This document shows, one piece after another, positions 9,023-17,456 of a stretch of 64,000 bases of DNA. The position numbers and the translations under genes were made by a program. The stretch spans positions 279,315 through 343,314 of the forward strand of contig CP055307.1 of the NCBI GenBank assembly GCA_013374835.1, written 5' to 3'. Source of the DNA: Candidatus Woesebacteria bacterium (GTDB lineage Bacteria > Patescibacteriota > Microgenomatia > UBA8517). Within the stretch, counting starts at the first letter, position 1, and each line of letters begins with the position of its first letter. Under the pieces are notes generated by a model. The model had not been told where the DNA came from. It saw only the letters and a program-made list of their open reading frames with translations, and did not search any database.

Positions 9023-10879
9023 TTAGAGTATGTCGTTAATATCGTTAAAGTCGTATCTATGGGAATAGCCAGAATTATCTGATGTGTTTAATAGGTTTTC
9101 TGGTATATCCGAAAGAAAACGACTTGGAGGATTGCTTGTTTTTTGTCCGAAATAGAGCCTTTGTTGAGCGTATGTGAGAAATAAGATTTCTTTTGCTCTT
9201 GTTATACCTACGTATGCGAGCCTTCTTTCCTCTTCCAATTGTGCTGGGTCAAAAAGCGACCTTGAGTGTGGGAAAAGGCCTTCTTCAAGACCAGTTATGA
9301 ATATAACGGGAAATTCAAGTCCTTTTGCTGCGTGTAGAGTCATGAGAGTGATTAATGATTGATGTTTTGTATCTGATGATTGATGGAGTGATTTGGAGGT
9401 CGAGAGTTGTTCGGCCTCAACTAAGGCTACGTTTTCCAAAAACTCATCGATGTTTTGAAATTCAGCCGCAACAGAACGCAGCTCCTTTATATTTTCCAGC
9501 CTAGCAAAATTTTCATCCGTTTCTTGGGCAAATTTTGAAAGATAATCAGTTTTGTTAAGTGTTTTGTCCATAATTTCCAGAGTAGTTAATTTTTGTGTAT
9601 CTAGACTTTTTTGGAGCAAGAGAAGGTTTTGTGTCCTTTTTTTCCCAGTTTTGAGTGCTCTTTTTAGGGACACAGGATCTTTAGGATTAATTATTAGTCT
9701 TAAATAAGAGATGATATCTTTTATTTCTGTTCTATCGTAGAATCGTATTCCTCCAATTAATCTATAAGGAATTCCATTTTGAAGAAGTGCTTCTTCTATT
9801 GTGCGGGACTGAGCATTGGTTCTATAAAGAATTGCAATGTCGCTGTAATTGTAGCCTGTGCGCGTGAGTTCGTTAATTTTGTCTACAATATAGCGGACTT
9901 CATCTTGTCCACTGTTTGCCCTAAAAAGTTTTATTTTTTCTCCTTTGGCGTTACGAGTCCAGAGTTTAAGAATTGGATGCGTGGTATTTTTGGATATTAC
10001 CGAGTTTGCGGCATTTAATATTGTTTGGGTGGAGCGGTAATTTTGTTCAAGATTTATTATTTGTATGTCGGGAAAATCTTTTATGAGATAGTTGATGTTT
10101 CTGTAATCTGCTCCTCTCCAACTATATATTGATTGCGAGGCATCACCTACTGCTGTGATATTTTTTCTGTTTCCAATTAGTAGTTTTGTAAGTTCATACT
10201 GAATTTTGTTTGTGTCTTGCCATTCGTCAATTAGAACTTGAGCTATTTTTTCCTGCCAAATATTTAGTACTTCTGGTTTTTCTTGAAACAGAGCTACTGT
10301 TTTGAGAAGTAAATCATCAAAATCTAACCCTCCTGCTTTTTTAAGATATTTTTCATATTCTACATATATTGTGAATACTTTTTCTTGTAATTCTCCATTT
10401 GCAATTTCAGCGTAACGAACCGGACTTAGCATTTGGTTTTTTGCGTCAGATATCTGTGATAGAAAGGTCTCGGGTTTGAAGTTGTCTTTGTTGAAATTGT
10501 GCTTTTCAAGGATGCTTTTAATAATTTCTTTTTGATCGGTTTGGTCGTAGATTATGAAATTTTTTGGAATATCGATTTTTTGACCGTCTGTTCTTAATAC
10601 TTTGGCGCAAAAGCTGTGAAATGTGCCCGAATATTTGGGTACATTTCCTGATAGTTTTGCTATGCGAAGTTTCATTTCATCTGATGCCTTATTTGTGAAT
10701 GTCAGAAGGAGGATCTGATCTGGGTTTATTTTTTTGTTTTTGATAAACCAAGCGGCTCTGTGTGTTAGGACCTTTGTCTTGCCGGAACCGGCACCTGCTA
10801 AAACAAGAAGCGCTTTTCCGTCGAAGGTAACTGCTTTGATTTGTTCCTTGTTAAGATTATTAATTAGCTTGTCTGTCAT
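9023..10879 (-). CDS. pcrA: ATP-dependent DNA helicase PcrA/UvrD (no C-terminal Tudor-like domain)
   Basis: AGAGSGKT, TFTNKA, IDEWQDTN, VGDASQSIYSWRGAD, LYRTNAQSR, MTLHAAKGLEF, EEERRLAYVGITRA and PSRFL. Confidence 0.93.
   Translation of the reverse strand: MTDKLINNLNKEQIKAVTFDGKALLVLAGAGSGKTKVLTHRAAWFIKNKKINPDQILLLTFTNKASDEMKLRIAKLSGNVPKYSGTFHSFCAKVLRTDGQKIDIPKNFIIYDQTDQKEIIKSILEKHNFNKDNFKPETFLSQISDAKNQMLSPVRYAEIANGELQEKVFTIYVEYEKYLKKAGGLDFDDLLLKTVALFQEKPEVLNIWQEKIAQVLIDEWQDTNKIQYELTKLLIGNRKNITAVGDASQSIYSWRGADYRNINYLIKDFPDIQIINLEQNYRSTQTILNAANSVISKNTTHPILKLWTRNAKGEKIKLFRANSGQDEVRYIVDKINELTRTGYNYSDIAILYRTNAQSRTIEEALLQNGIPYRLIGGIRFYDRTEIKDIISYLRLIINPKDPVSLKRALKTGKKRTQNLLLLQKSLDTQKLTTLEIMDKTLNKTDYLSKFAQETDENFARLENIKELRSVAAEFQNIDEFLENVALVEAEQLSTSKSLHQSSDTKHQSLITLMTLHAAKGLEFPVIFITGLEEGLFPHSRSLFDPAQLEEERRLAYVGITRAKEILFLTYAQQRLYFGQKTSNPPSRFLSDIPENLLNTSDNSGYSHRYDFNDINDIL
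9349..9383. repeat. Degenerate 7-bp tandem array in the pcrA variable linker
   Basis: TGATTAA TGATTGA TGTTTTG TATCTGA TGATTGA. Confidence 0.6.
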
Positions 10880-10935
10880 TTTGGTATAAAATACAATAAT
10901 TAAAAGCGTTTTGGCTTTGCAAGACTTATTCTAGC

Positions 10936-12048
10936 ATGGAAAAAAGGAGGCATAAATTTTTATCTGAGAGAAGAAAAAGATTTTTGGCGAGAGTAAAAAG
11001 AAAAATTTTGGCAAGACATATTTTGCTTGTTCGTTTCGGCGTTTTTTTATCTATATTTATTTTTTTGAGTCTTATTGTGTCTGTAGGTGTTTTTTTTCTG
11101 AAATTCAGCGGTTATTATAAATACGCTGAATTGGGTTTTACATTTATTTTTGCAAGTAATAAAAAAGTAAAATCTACAGACGGAAGAACCAATTTGCTTT
11201 TTCTCGGTTTGTCGGGTGACGGAGAAAAAAACCCAATTTTATCAGATACTATGATAGTTGCTTCTTTTGATATTTACGGCTCTGGCGTGGATTTAATACC
11301 TATTCCTCGTGATATATGGATTGAGGAGATTGGAGACAAGCTTAATGGGGCTTATCGTTTGGGTAATGAAAAAAGGGTGGGTGGTGGAATTGTTCTTGCC
11401 AAGTCTTATGTTGAGGAGATATTGGGAATACCTATTCATTACGGTTTTTCTATGAATTTTGACGGATTTAAGGAGGTAGTTGATTATTTTGGTGGGGTGG
11501 AAGTTGATGTACCAAGGAGCTTTGAAGATAAAAAATATCCCATTGAGGGGAGAGAGGAAGATTTATGTGATGGAGACCCTGAGTATGCTTGCCGGTATGA
11601 GACGATTAGGTTTGAAAAAGGTCTGACAACTATGGATGGAGATACTGCTTTAAAGTATGTGCGTTCGAGGCATTCGGAGGATTTAGAAGAGGGCACTGAT
11701 TTTGCAAGGACAAGACGAGCACAGCTTGTGATGTTGGCGATTAAAGATAAGTTAATAAGTCGTGATTTTTTGTATCATCCGCGTAAACTTTTTGGTTTTT
11801 GGGATTTAATAAAATCTATTTCGGAGACTGATATGGATGAATATGCCCAGGTTTTTTTGGCACGGAAAGTTTTTGATTTTAGGGATAAGATAAAGATGCA
11901 TGATTTTGACGAGAGTTTACTTAAAAACCCGCCATTTTCTGATTATAATAATTTGTATGTTTTAGTTCCTACTGCAGGAGATTGGAGCGGAATCCATGAG
12001 TGGGTTGGCAAGATTATTGGGGAGAATTCTCGTAAGACAGGGGGGTAA
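10936..12048 (+). CDS. LytR-CpsA-Psr (LCP) family glycopolymer transferase
   Basis: Basic N-terminus and TM helix, NLLFLG, SDTMIV, IPRD, KLNGAY, GFKEVVDYFGGV, ALKYVRSRH and DFARTRR. Confidence 0.92.
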   Translation: MEKRRHKFLSERRKRFLARVKRKILARHILLVRFGVFLSIFIFLSLIVSVGVFFLKFSGYYKYAELGFTFIFASNKKVKSTDGRTNLLFLGLSGDGEKNPILSDTMIVASFDIYGSGVDLIPIPRDIWIEEIGDKLNGAYRLGNEKRVGGGIVLAKSYVEEILGIPIHYGFSMNFDGFKEVVDYFGGVEVDVPRSFEDKKYPIEGREEDLCDGDPEYACRYETIRFEKGLTTMDGDTALKYVRSRHSEDLEEGTDFARTRRAQLVMLAIKDKLISRDFLYHPRKLFGFWDLIKSISETDMDEYAQVFLARKVFDFRDKIKMHDFDESLLKNPPFSDYNNLYVLVPTAGDWSGIHEWVGKIIGENSRKTGG

Positions 12049-13441
12049 ATTGATAGAGGTGTTCTTTGTGTATTAGTTTGAAGGAAGGATTTTTAAGATC
12101 GATGTAATCGATCAAGAAAATTTCTTTTTTTGAATAAAGATTAAGTGCAATTTGTTCCCATTCGTTTGGTGGTGCGTTAATTATTAAGACGTCTTGCCTT
12201 TTCCCTTCGACTTTTTGTAGATACCAAAGCGGTGTAGAATAACTCCACCAAGAGATAATTATCGAATTTTTCGGAAGTAGATCCATGGTTTTTTCGGCAA
12301 AAGCGCGTGCTGAGTTTGATCTTTCTTGATTTACTAAGGGAAAGTTTGTTTTTATGTTTTTTGCTGTTTGGACTGCGATTATAAGTGTAAAACTAAGGAG
12401 AACTATAAATTTGAATTTTTTAGAGAGACGTAATATTGTGTTGATTGATGAGGATATCCAGATAAGAATAACAACAAAAGAGGATGCGAAATATCTTTCT
12501 ATAACAGCATTTTGATATCTAAGACTGAAAAGGAGTGTACCGAGAAAAATAAATGATAGTGAAAAGTTTAGGATGCGATTTTCTTTTTTAAGAGAGACAA
12601 TTCCAATTAAAGCAAGAGGCAGAAAAACGATTGATATAAATCGTTTTAGTTGAATCGAATAAAATTGAATGCTTGAGAACACGCTTCCTCCGATCCATTT
12701 TCCGGAGTGGGGAGTAAAATCTCTGCCGAAGACGTGACGGCTAAAGGAGTCAAGACTATTTATCGGATAATTGGTAGTTAGGGGAGGTTTAAAGTAAGAA
12801 ATTATTGGTAGTAGTACATAGACGCTTAGACCAAGAAAGAATAAAAGAATTGATTTTATTATAAAAGGCCGGTTTTTTTTGACTTTTGTTGCCAGAATTA
12901 AAAAAAGAGGCAATAAGAAGAAAATTGATAATAAGTGATTTCCGAGCGATAGCCCTGTAATAAGAAAAATAGTTGGAAGAAAATTTATTTTATTTTGGAT
13001 TAATATTTTGGTGGATAGATATATAAAAAGAGATGTAAAAAGAAAGTGGAGTGCGTGAGGGTCTGCAGCTGTTGAGAGCGACCAAACGACGTAGGAAGTC
13101 ATTATTAAAAGGGGTGTGAGTATGGAGACGAATCTATTTTTGGTGATTGTGAATATTGAATTTGAAATAAAGTATAATCCTAGAGAGATAAAAATACTTG
13201 AGAGAAAATTGATTTGAAGCGCTACATTTTTTAGCGGGAGTAAAAAAAGAAACAGTTTTCCTAAAAGTATGTAAGTTGGGTAGCCTGTGGGGTGTGCGAT
13301 ATCGAGCGTGTAGAGGACGGTTTGGAATTCTGCCGTGTCCCAAAAGCCGACGTCTTTTAGTAAAGTCAAGGAATATAGTACCAAAGATGTGGGTATTAGA
13401 AGGACACCCAGCCAAATTTGTTTATCCACAGTACTCCCCAT
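12014..13441 (-). CDS. DUF2723/TMEM260-like GT-C protein O-mannosyltransferase
   Basis: WDTAEFQ..YTLDIAHPTGYPTYILLGKLF and GLSLGNH in a multi-TM protein, with C-terminal LWYLQKVEGKRQDV. Confidence 0.8.
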   Translation of the reverse strand: MGSTVDKQIWLGVLLIPTSLVLYSLTLLKDVGFWDTAEFQTVLYTLDIAHPTGYPTYILLGKLFLFLLPLKNVALQINFLSSIFISLGLYFISNSIFTITKNRFVSILTPLLIMTSYVVWSLSTAADPHALHFLFTSLFIYLSTKILIQNKINFLPTIFLITGLSLGNHLLSIFFLLPLFLILATKVKKNRPFIIKSILLFFLGLSVYVLLPIISYFKPPLTTNYPINSLDSFSRHVFGRDFTPHSGKWIGGSVFSSIQFYSIQLKRFISIVFLPLALIGIVSLKKENRILNFSLSFIFLGTLLFSLRYQNAVIERYFASSFVVILIWISSSINTILRLSKKFKFIVLLSFTLIIAVQTAKNIKTNFPLVNQERSNSARAFAEKTMDLLPKNSIIISWWSYSTPLWYLQKVEGKRQDVLIINAPPNEWEQIALNLYSKKEIFLIDYIDLKNPSFKLIHKEHLYQFTPLSYENSPQ

Positions 13442-14553
13442 GTGTTAACTATTACCGAAATTGTAAGAAGAGTCCAGTGGATGAAGTTTAGATTTGTTTT
13501 TTTAAGATAGATGATGATTAAAAAAATTAGTACCGGATAGAAGTCAACGGCAAAGCGGTATCCGAATTGACTGAATCCTACTGTTCCGTGCATAAATATA
13601 ACTGCTGTCATTAGAAAAATTACCAGCCAAGAAAAAGCTACCTCAGCTTTTTTGAGAGGCGCGAATAGAGAAAATATAAATGCAGGTGTTGTGATCCAGA
13701 TAGCAAGTCCAGTCCATGACGGCCATATGAATGGTGGTTTTTTTGAGAATTTGGGCAATTCCAGCAGAATTGTTTTGACATGTCTTGGTATGTAGCTTGG
13801 GTGGAAAAGCCCTTTGGAGTACCAGTGTTCATTTAAAACTCCGGGGATTAGTATATATGCTTTATCAAGAATTGATCCGAAGCGAATGAAATTATACCCG
13901 AAGTTTATTGATAGAAAAATACTTAGTATGATTAAAATTTTTGGCCAAGTACTAAATCTTTTTTTATTGGTAAGGTAAAGTATAAGAGGCAGAGTAAGTA
14001 TTGTTTGGAGTCGAGAAAGATAGGCTGCTCCGATGAAAAGTCCTATTGCAATTGGTCGTTTTTTTGAGGCTGTTTCGTAAATTGCAGCTGTTATAAAAAA
14101 ACACGCTGATATTTGTCCCAAATACCAAGCGGAGCCTGTAGCCGAGAGAAACCATATAATTGTTCCAAATCCTGTCAGTGTGGATACCCAAAGTGCTTTT
14201 TTTGTCGACTTCAATTTTTTTTGAGCTATTTGGTATGTTAAGGTAACTGTACCAGCTCCCAATAGATGTGCCAGAATTTGTTGTGGAAAGGCGGTACCGA
14301 AGAACAGGACGAAGGGTATAAGAAGGATAGAAGGCATTGGCGGATAGACAAGATAGTAGTGTCCCCTGCCGTTGGGTACGAGTTCATTTAGCCAGGGGGG
14401 CGCTGACTCGATCCAGTATTTTCCTTTTGTGAAACTTTCCGCGAAAAGTACAAAATAGTTATAGGGAGTGTTCCCTCCCGAGGTTAATAGATAGATTAAA
14501 AAAGTAAAAATAAAAATGATCTGCGGCAGTTTTGTTTTGGCCTGAAGACTCAT
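13396..14553 (-). CDS. GT-C fold membrane glycosyltransferase
   Basis: About 10 TM segments with YPPMPSIL, YNFIRFGS and QFGYRF motifs typical of ArnT/PMT-like GT-C enzymes. Confidence 0.65.
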   Translation of the reverse strand: MSLQAKTKLPQIIFIFTFLIYLLTSGGNTPYNYFVLFAESFTKGKYWIESAPPWLNELVPNGRGHYYLVYPPMPSILLIPFVLFFGTAFPQQILAHLLGAGTVTLTYQIAQKKLKSTKKALWVSTLTGFGTIIWFLSATGSAWYLGQISACFFITAAIYETASKKRPIAIGLFIGAAYLSRLQTILTLPLILYLTNKKRFSTWPKILIILSIFLSINFGYNFIRFGSILDKAYILIPGVLNEHWYSKGLFHPSYIPRHVKTILLELPKFSKKPPFIWPSWTGLAIWITTPAFIFSLFAPLKKAEVAFSWLVIFLMTAVIFMHGTVGFSQFGYRFAVDFYPVLIFLIIIYLKKTNLNFIHWTLLTISVIVNTWGVLWINKFGWVSF

Positions 14554-14942
14554 TGTGGAAGATTTAGGTATTTTTTGACTTTTTCTACTACTTCTTCGGG
14601 TGTTTGCATTGCTTTTACAAGATATTCTTTTACTCCGAGGTTTAGTGCTTTTTGAGCGCTTTCTTTTTGAGGGTGATTTGTGAGTGCTAATATAACAGTG
14701 TTTTTGATTTTGGGGTTTGATTGGAAGCTTGAGAGAAGATCCAATCCTGAATATACGGGAAGCATGATGTCGAGGAGTATCGCGTCAGGGCTTTCCTTAT
14801 TTAGAATATCCATACCGCTTTTACCGTCTTTTGCAACTATTGGATTGAATCCTTCCATTTGGAATTTTGTCGAATACATTTTTGCCAAGGTTTGATCGTC
14901 TTCTATTATTAACACCGTTGGGTTTTTTGAGTTTGTGTACAC
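14550..14942 (-). CDS. Stand-alone response regulator receiver domain
   Basis: LIIEDD, LLDIMLP (phospho-acceptor Asp), ALTN and EYLVKA; no output domain. Confidence 0.92.
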   Translation of the reverse strand: MYTNSKNPTVLIIEDDQTLAKMYSTKFQMEGFNPIVAKDGKSGMDILNKESPDAILLDIMLPVYSGLDLLSSFQSNPKIKNTVILALTNHPQKESAQKALNLGVKEYLVKAMQTPEEVVEKVKKYLNLPQ

Positions 14943-15003
14943 TTTATTTATTATATTATATAGTCCAATCGGTCAGTATGGGTTATATTTTATATATAAA
15001 ACA

Positions 15004-17439
15004 ATGGTTGGCAAAATGAAAAAATTAGAGTATGAAATATTATTTTTTCTTGCTGTTGGGTTTTTATTGAGAATTTTTCTTTCTCCTTTTGGTACTTTAG
15101 AGCTTGATTTTAATACTTTTATTTCTTGGAGCAGAACGCTTTCGGAGCATGGGTTTAGCGAGTTTTATAACGGCTGGTCTGATTACTTGCCTGGATACCT
15201 TTATGTGCTTTACTTTTTGGGAAAAATAAGCGTTTGGTTTAGCTTCTTAGATCCTCATTTAGTTTATAAATTGCCCGCGATAATTGCTGATATGGCAACC
15301 GCTTATTTGATTTATAAAATTGTCAGAAGATACAAAAGTAAAAATTTTTCTTTAATGATTGTAAATTTTTATATTTTTAATCCGGCGGTTTTTGCAAATT
15401 CTTCTTTGTGGGGACAGGTGGATTCGCTTACTTCGTTTTTTTCGATTGCAGCTTTGTACTTTTTAGATAAGAATTCGTTTTTTATATCAAGTTTTTTATT
15501 TTCTTATGGGGTGCTGGTTAAACCCCAGACTTTGTTTATCCTGCCTGTTATTTTTTTTGTTTTTTGGAAGAAGAAATGGAGAGTTAAAAATATTTTTTTA
15601 TATATTTTATTTTCTGCTATTTTTTTCTTTTCGATGTTTATTCCCTTTTCATCGGGGAATTTGATTGAGTTTGTTTTTCGGCGGGTGTTTTTGTCTTTGG
15701 AGCAGTATCCTTATACAAGTGTAAACGCTATTAATTTTTGGAGTATTTTTGGATTTTGGAAGAGTGATACAAGTGGGATTATCCCTCCTTTTTTAATAGG
15801 TTATTTTATTAGTTTTATTATTCTTTCGGGTATTTTTTTTAAAGCTTGGAGGAGGAGTTCTTTGCTGGTTGAAAAAGATAAATATTATTACGCTTCGATT
15901 GTGTTTTTTACTTTATATCTTTTTATGACACGAATGCATGAGAGACATCTTTTGCCTGTTATTGCCCCTTTGCTTATAGCCGTCGCGTTTAGCCCTTTTT
16001 TGATGATCGTTTATGTGGGGCTTTCTTTTTTATATGTTGTGAACCTTTACTATTCTTACGTTTGGATAACCGACGGCTTTAGAGAGGTGTTTAATACACC
16101 CGCAATTATTCTTTTTTCGTTGTGTAGTATTTTCCTTTTTGTTTTTTCTTTAATGAGGGAGAGTTTTGGAGACTTTGACATTAATAATTTGTCAGACTTA
16201 TTTAAAGAGCGTGGGAGAGCTGTAAAAACTACCCTTTTTAAGGGAAAAGATCTTGATTCAAGAAAGGCTAGGCGAGTATTGATAGCGATAATTTTGTTTC
16301 TTTTGGTTTCGAGAATTTACGGGATTGGCACCCCAGAACATGAATATTTTGATGAGATTTATCATGCTTTTACTGCAAAGCTTATACTTCATGGTGATCC
16401 TAAGGCTTGGGAGTGGTGGAACCCTCACCCTGAAGGATTTGCTTATGAATGGACTCACCCGCCATTGGCGAAAGAAATTATGGCTGTGGGGATGTATTTA
16501 ATGGGTGAGAGTTCTTATGGTTACAGAGTACCTGCTGTTATTTTTGGGGTCGGAGTAGGAATATTGGTTTATTTTATTTCTTATGAAATATTTAAGGACA
16601 GAAAGACGTCGCTTTTTTCGGTGGGTGCGCTTTCGCTTGAGGGTCTGTTTTTGGTTATGAGCAGGATTGGGATGAACGATATTTATTTTTTGTTCTTTAT
16701 GCTTTTGAGTTTATATATGTTTTTAAGATCAAAGTACTTTTTTTCATCTTTAGCTTTTGGATTTTCTTTGGCATCGAAATGGACGGCTTTTTGGTTTTTT
16801 CCGCTTCTTGTTGTTGCTCATTTTTCTTTTAAAAAGAAATTTTCTTTAGGTTATTTTTGGTATTTATTAATTCCGGCTACCCTTTATGTTGCTAGTTACA
16901 CCCCGATGTTTTTGACAGGACATGATTTTAGTATATTTACTGGTATGCAAAAGCAGATGTGGTGGTACCACACCAATTTGGAGGCGGAGCATGCGTACAC
17001 TTCGCCATGGTGGAGCTGGCCTTTGCTTATTAGGCCTGTTTGGTTTTATACGAGTTCGAATGATTCCGGATTAGTAGCAAATATTTATGCGATGGGTAAT
17101 CCTGTTGTTGTTTGGTTTGGGCTTTTAAGTATTGCTTACATTTCTTTTTATTCGTTTAGGATTAAAAGTAAAAGATTAGGATTTGTTGTGCTATCTTATT
17201 TAATGTTTTTTGTACCTTGGGCCTTTTCCCCAAGAATAATGTTTTTTTATCATTATTTGCCTTCTATTCCATTTCTTTCGATGGGTATAGGTGTTTTTTT
17301 ACGAATGAGACCTAAGTATATTTTTGTATTTTTTTTCCTTGGAGTGCTGGCTTTTTTGTACTTTTATCCACATTGGACAGGAATTTTTGTTCCACGATGG
17401 ATTAATAAGAGTTATTATTGGATAGAATCTTGGCGATAA
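15004..17439 (+). CDS. Fusion of a GT87/PIG-M-like GT-C domain and a PMT-type protein O-mannosyltransferase
   Basis: N-half: DYLPGYLY, KLPAIIAD, FNPA..NSSLWGQVDS, KPQ, MHERH. C-half: YFDEIYH, HPPLAK, HAYTSPWWSWPL..RPVWFY, MGNP, RIMFFYHYLPS (PMT_4TMC-like). Start at 15004 or 15016. Confidence 0.85.
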   Translation: MVGKMKKLEYEILFFLAVGFLLRIFLSPFGTLELDFNTFISWSRTLSEHGFSEFYNGWSDYLPGYLYVLYFLGKISVWFSFLDPHLVYKLPAIIADMATAYLIYKIVRRYKSKNFSLMIVNFYIFNPAVFANSSLWGQVDSLTSFFSIAALYFLDKNSFFISSFLFSYGVLVKPQTLFILPVIFFVFWKKKWRVKNIFLYILFSAIFFFSMFIPFSSGNLIEFVFRRVFLSLEQYPYTSVNAINFWSIFGFWKSDTSGIIPPFLIGYFISFIILSGIFFKAWRRSSLLVEKDKYYYASIVFFTLYLFMTRMHERHLLPVIAPLLIAVAFSPFLMIVYVGLSFLYVVNLYYSYVWITDGFREVFNTPAIILFSLCSIFLFVFSLMRESFGDFDINNLSDLFKERGRAVKTTLFKGKDLDSRKARRVLIAIILFLLVSRIYGIGTPEHEYFDEIYHAFTAKLILHGDPKAWEWWNPHPEGFAYEWTHPPLAKEIMAVGMYLMGESSYGYRVPAVIFGVGVGILVYFISYEIFKDRKTSLFSVGALSLEGLFLVMSRIGMNDIYFLFFMLLSLYMFLRSKYFFSSLAFGFSLASKWTAFWFFPLLVVAHFSFKKKFSLGYFWYLLIPATLYVASYTPMFLTGHDFSIFTGMQKQMWWYHTNLEAEHAYTSPWWSWPLLIRPVWFYTSSNDSGLVANIYAMGNPVVVWFGLLSIAYISFYSFRIKSKRLGFVVLSYLMFFVPWAFSPRIMFFYHYLPSIPFLSMGIGVFLRMRPKYIFVFFFLGVLAFLYFYPHWTGIFVPRWINKSYYWIESWR

Positions 17440-17456
17440 GTTTTTGTTTTTTTGGA

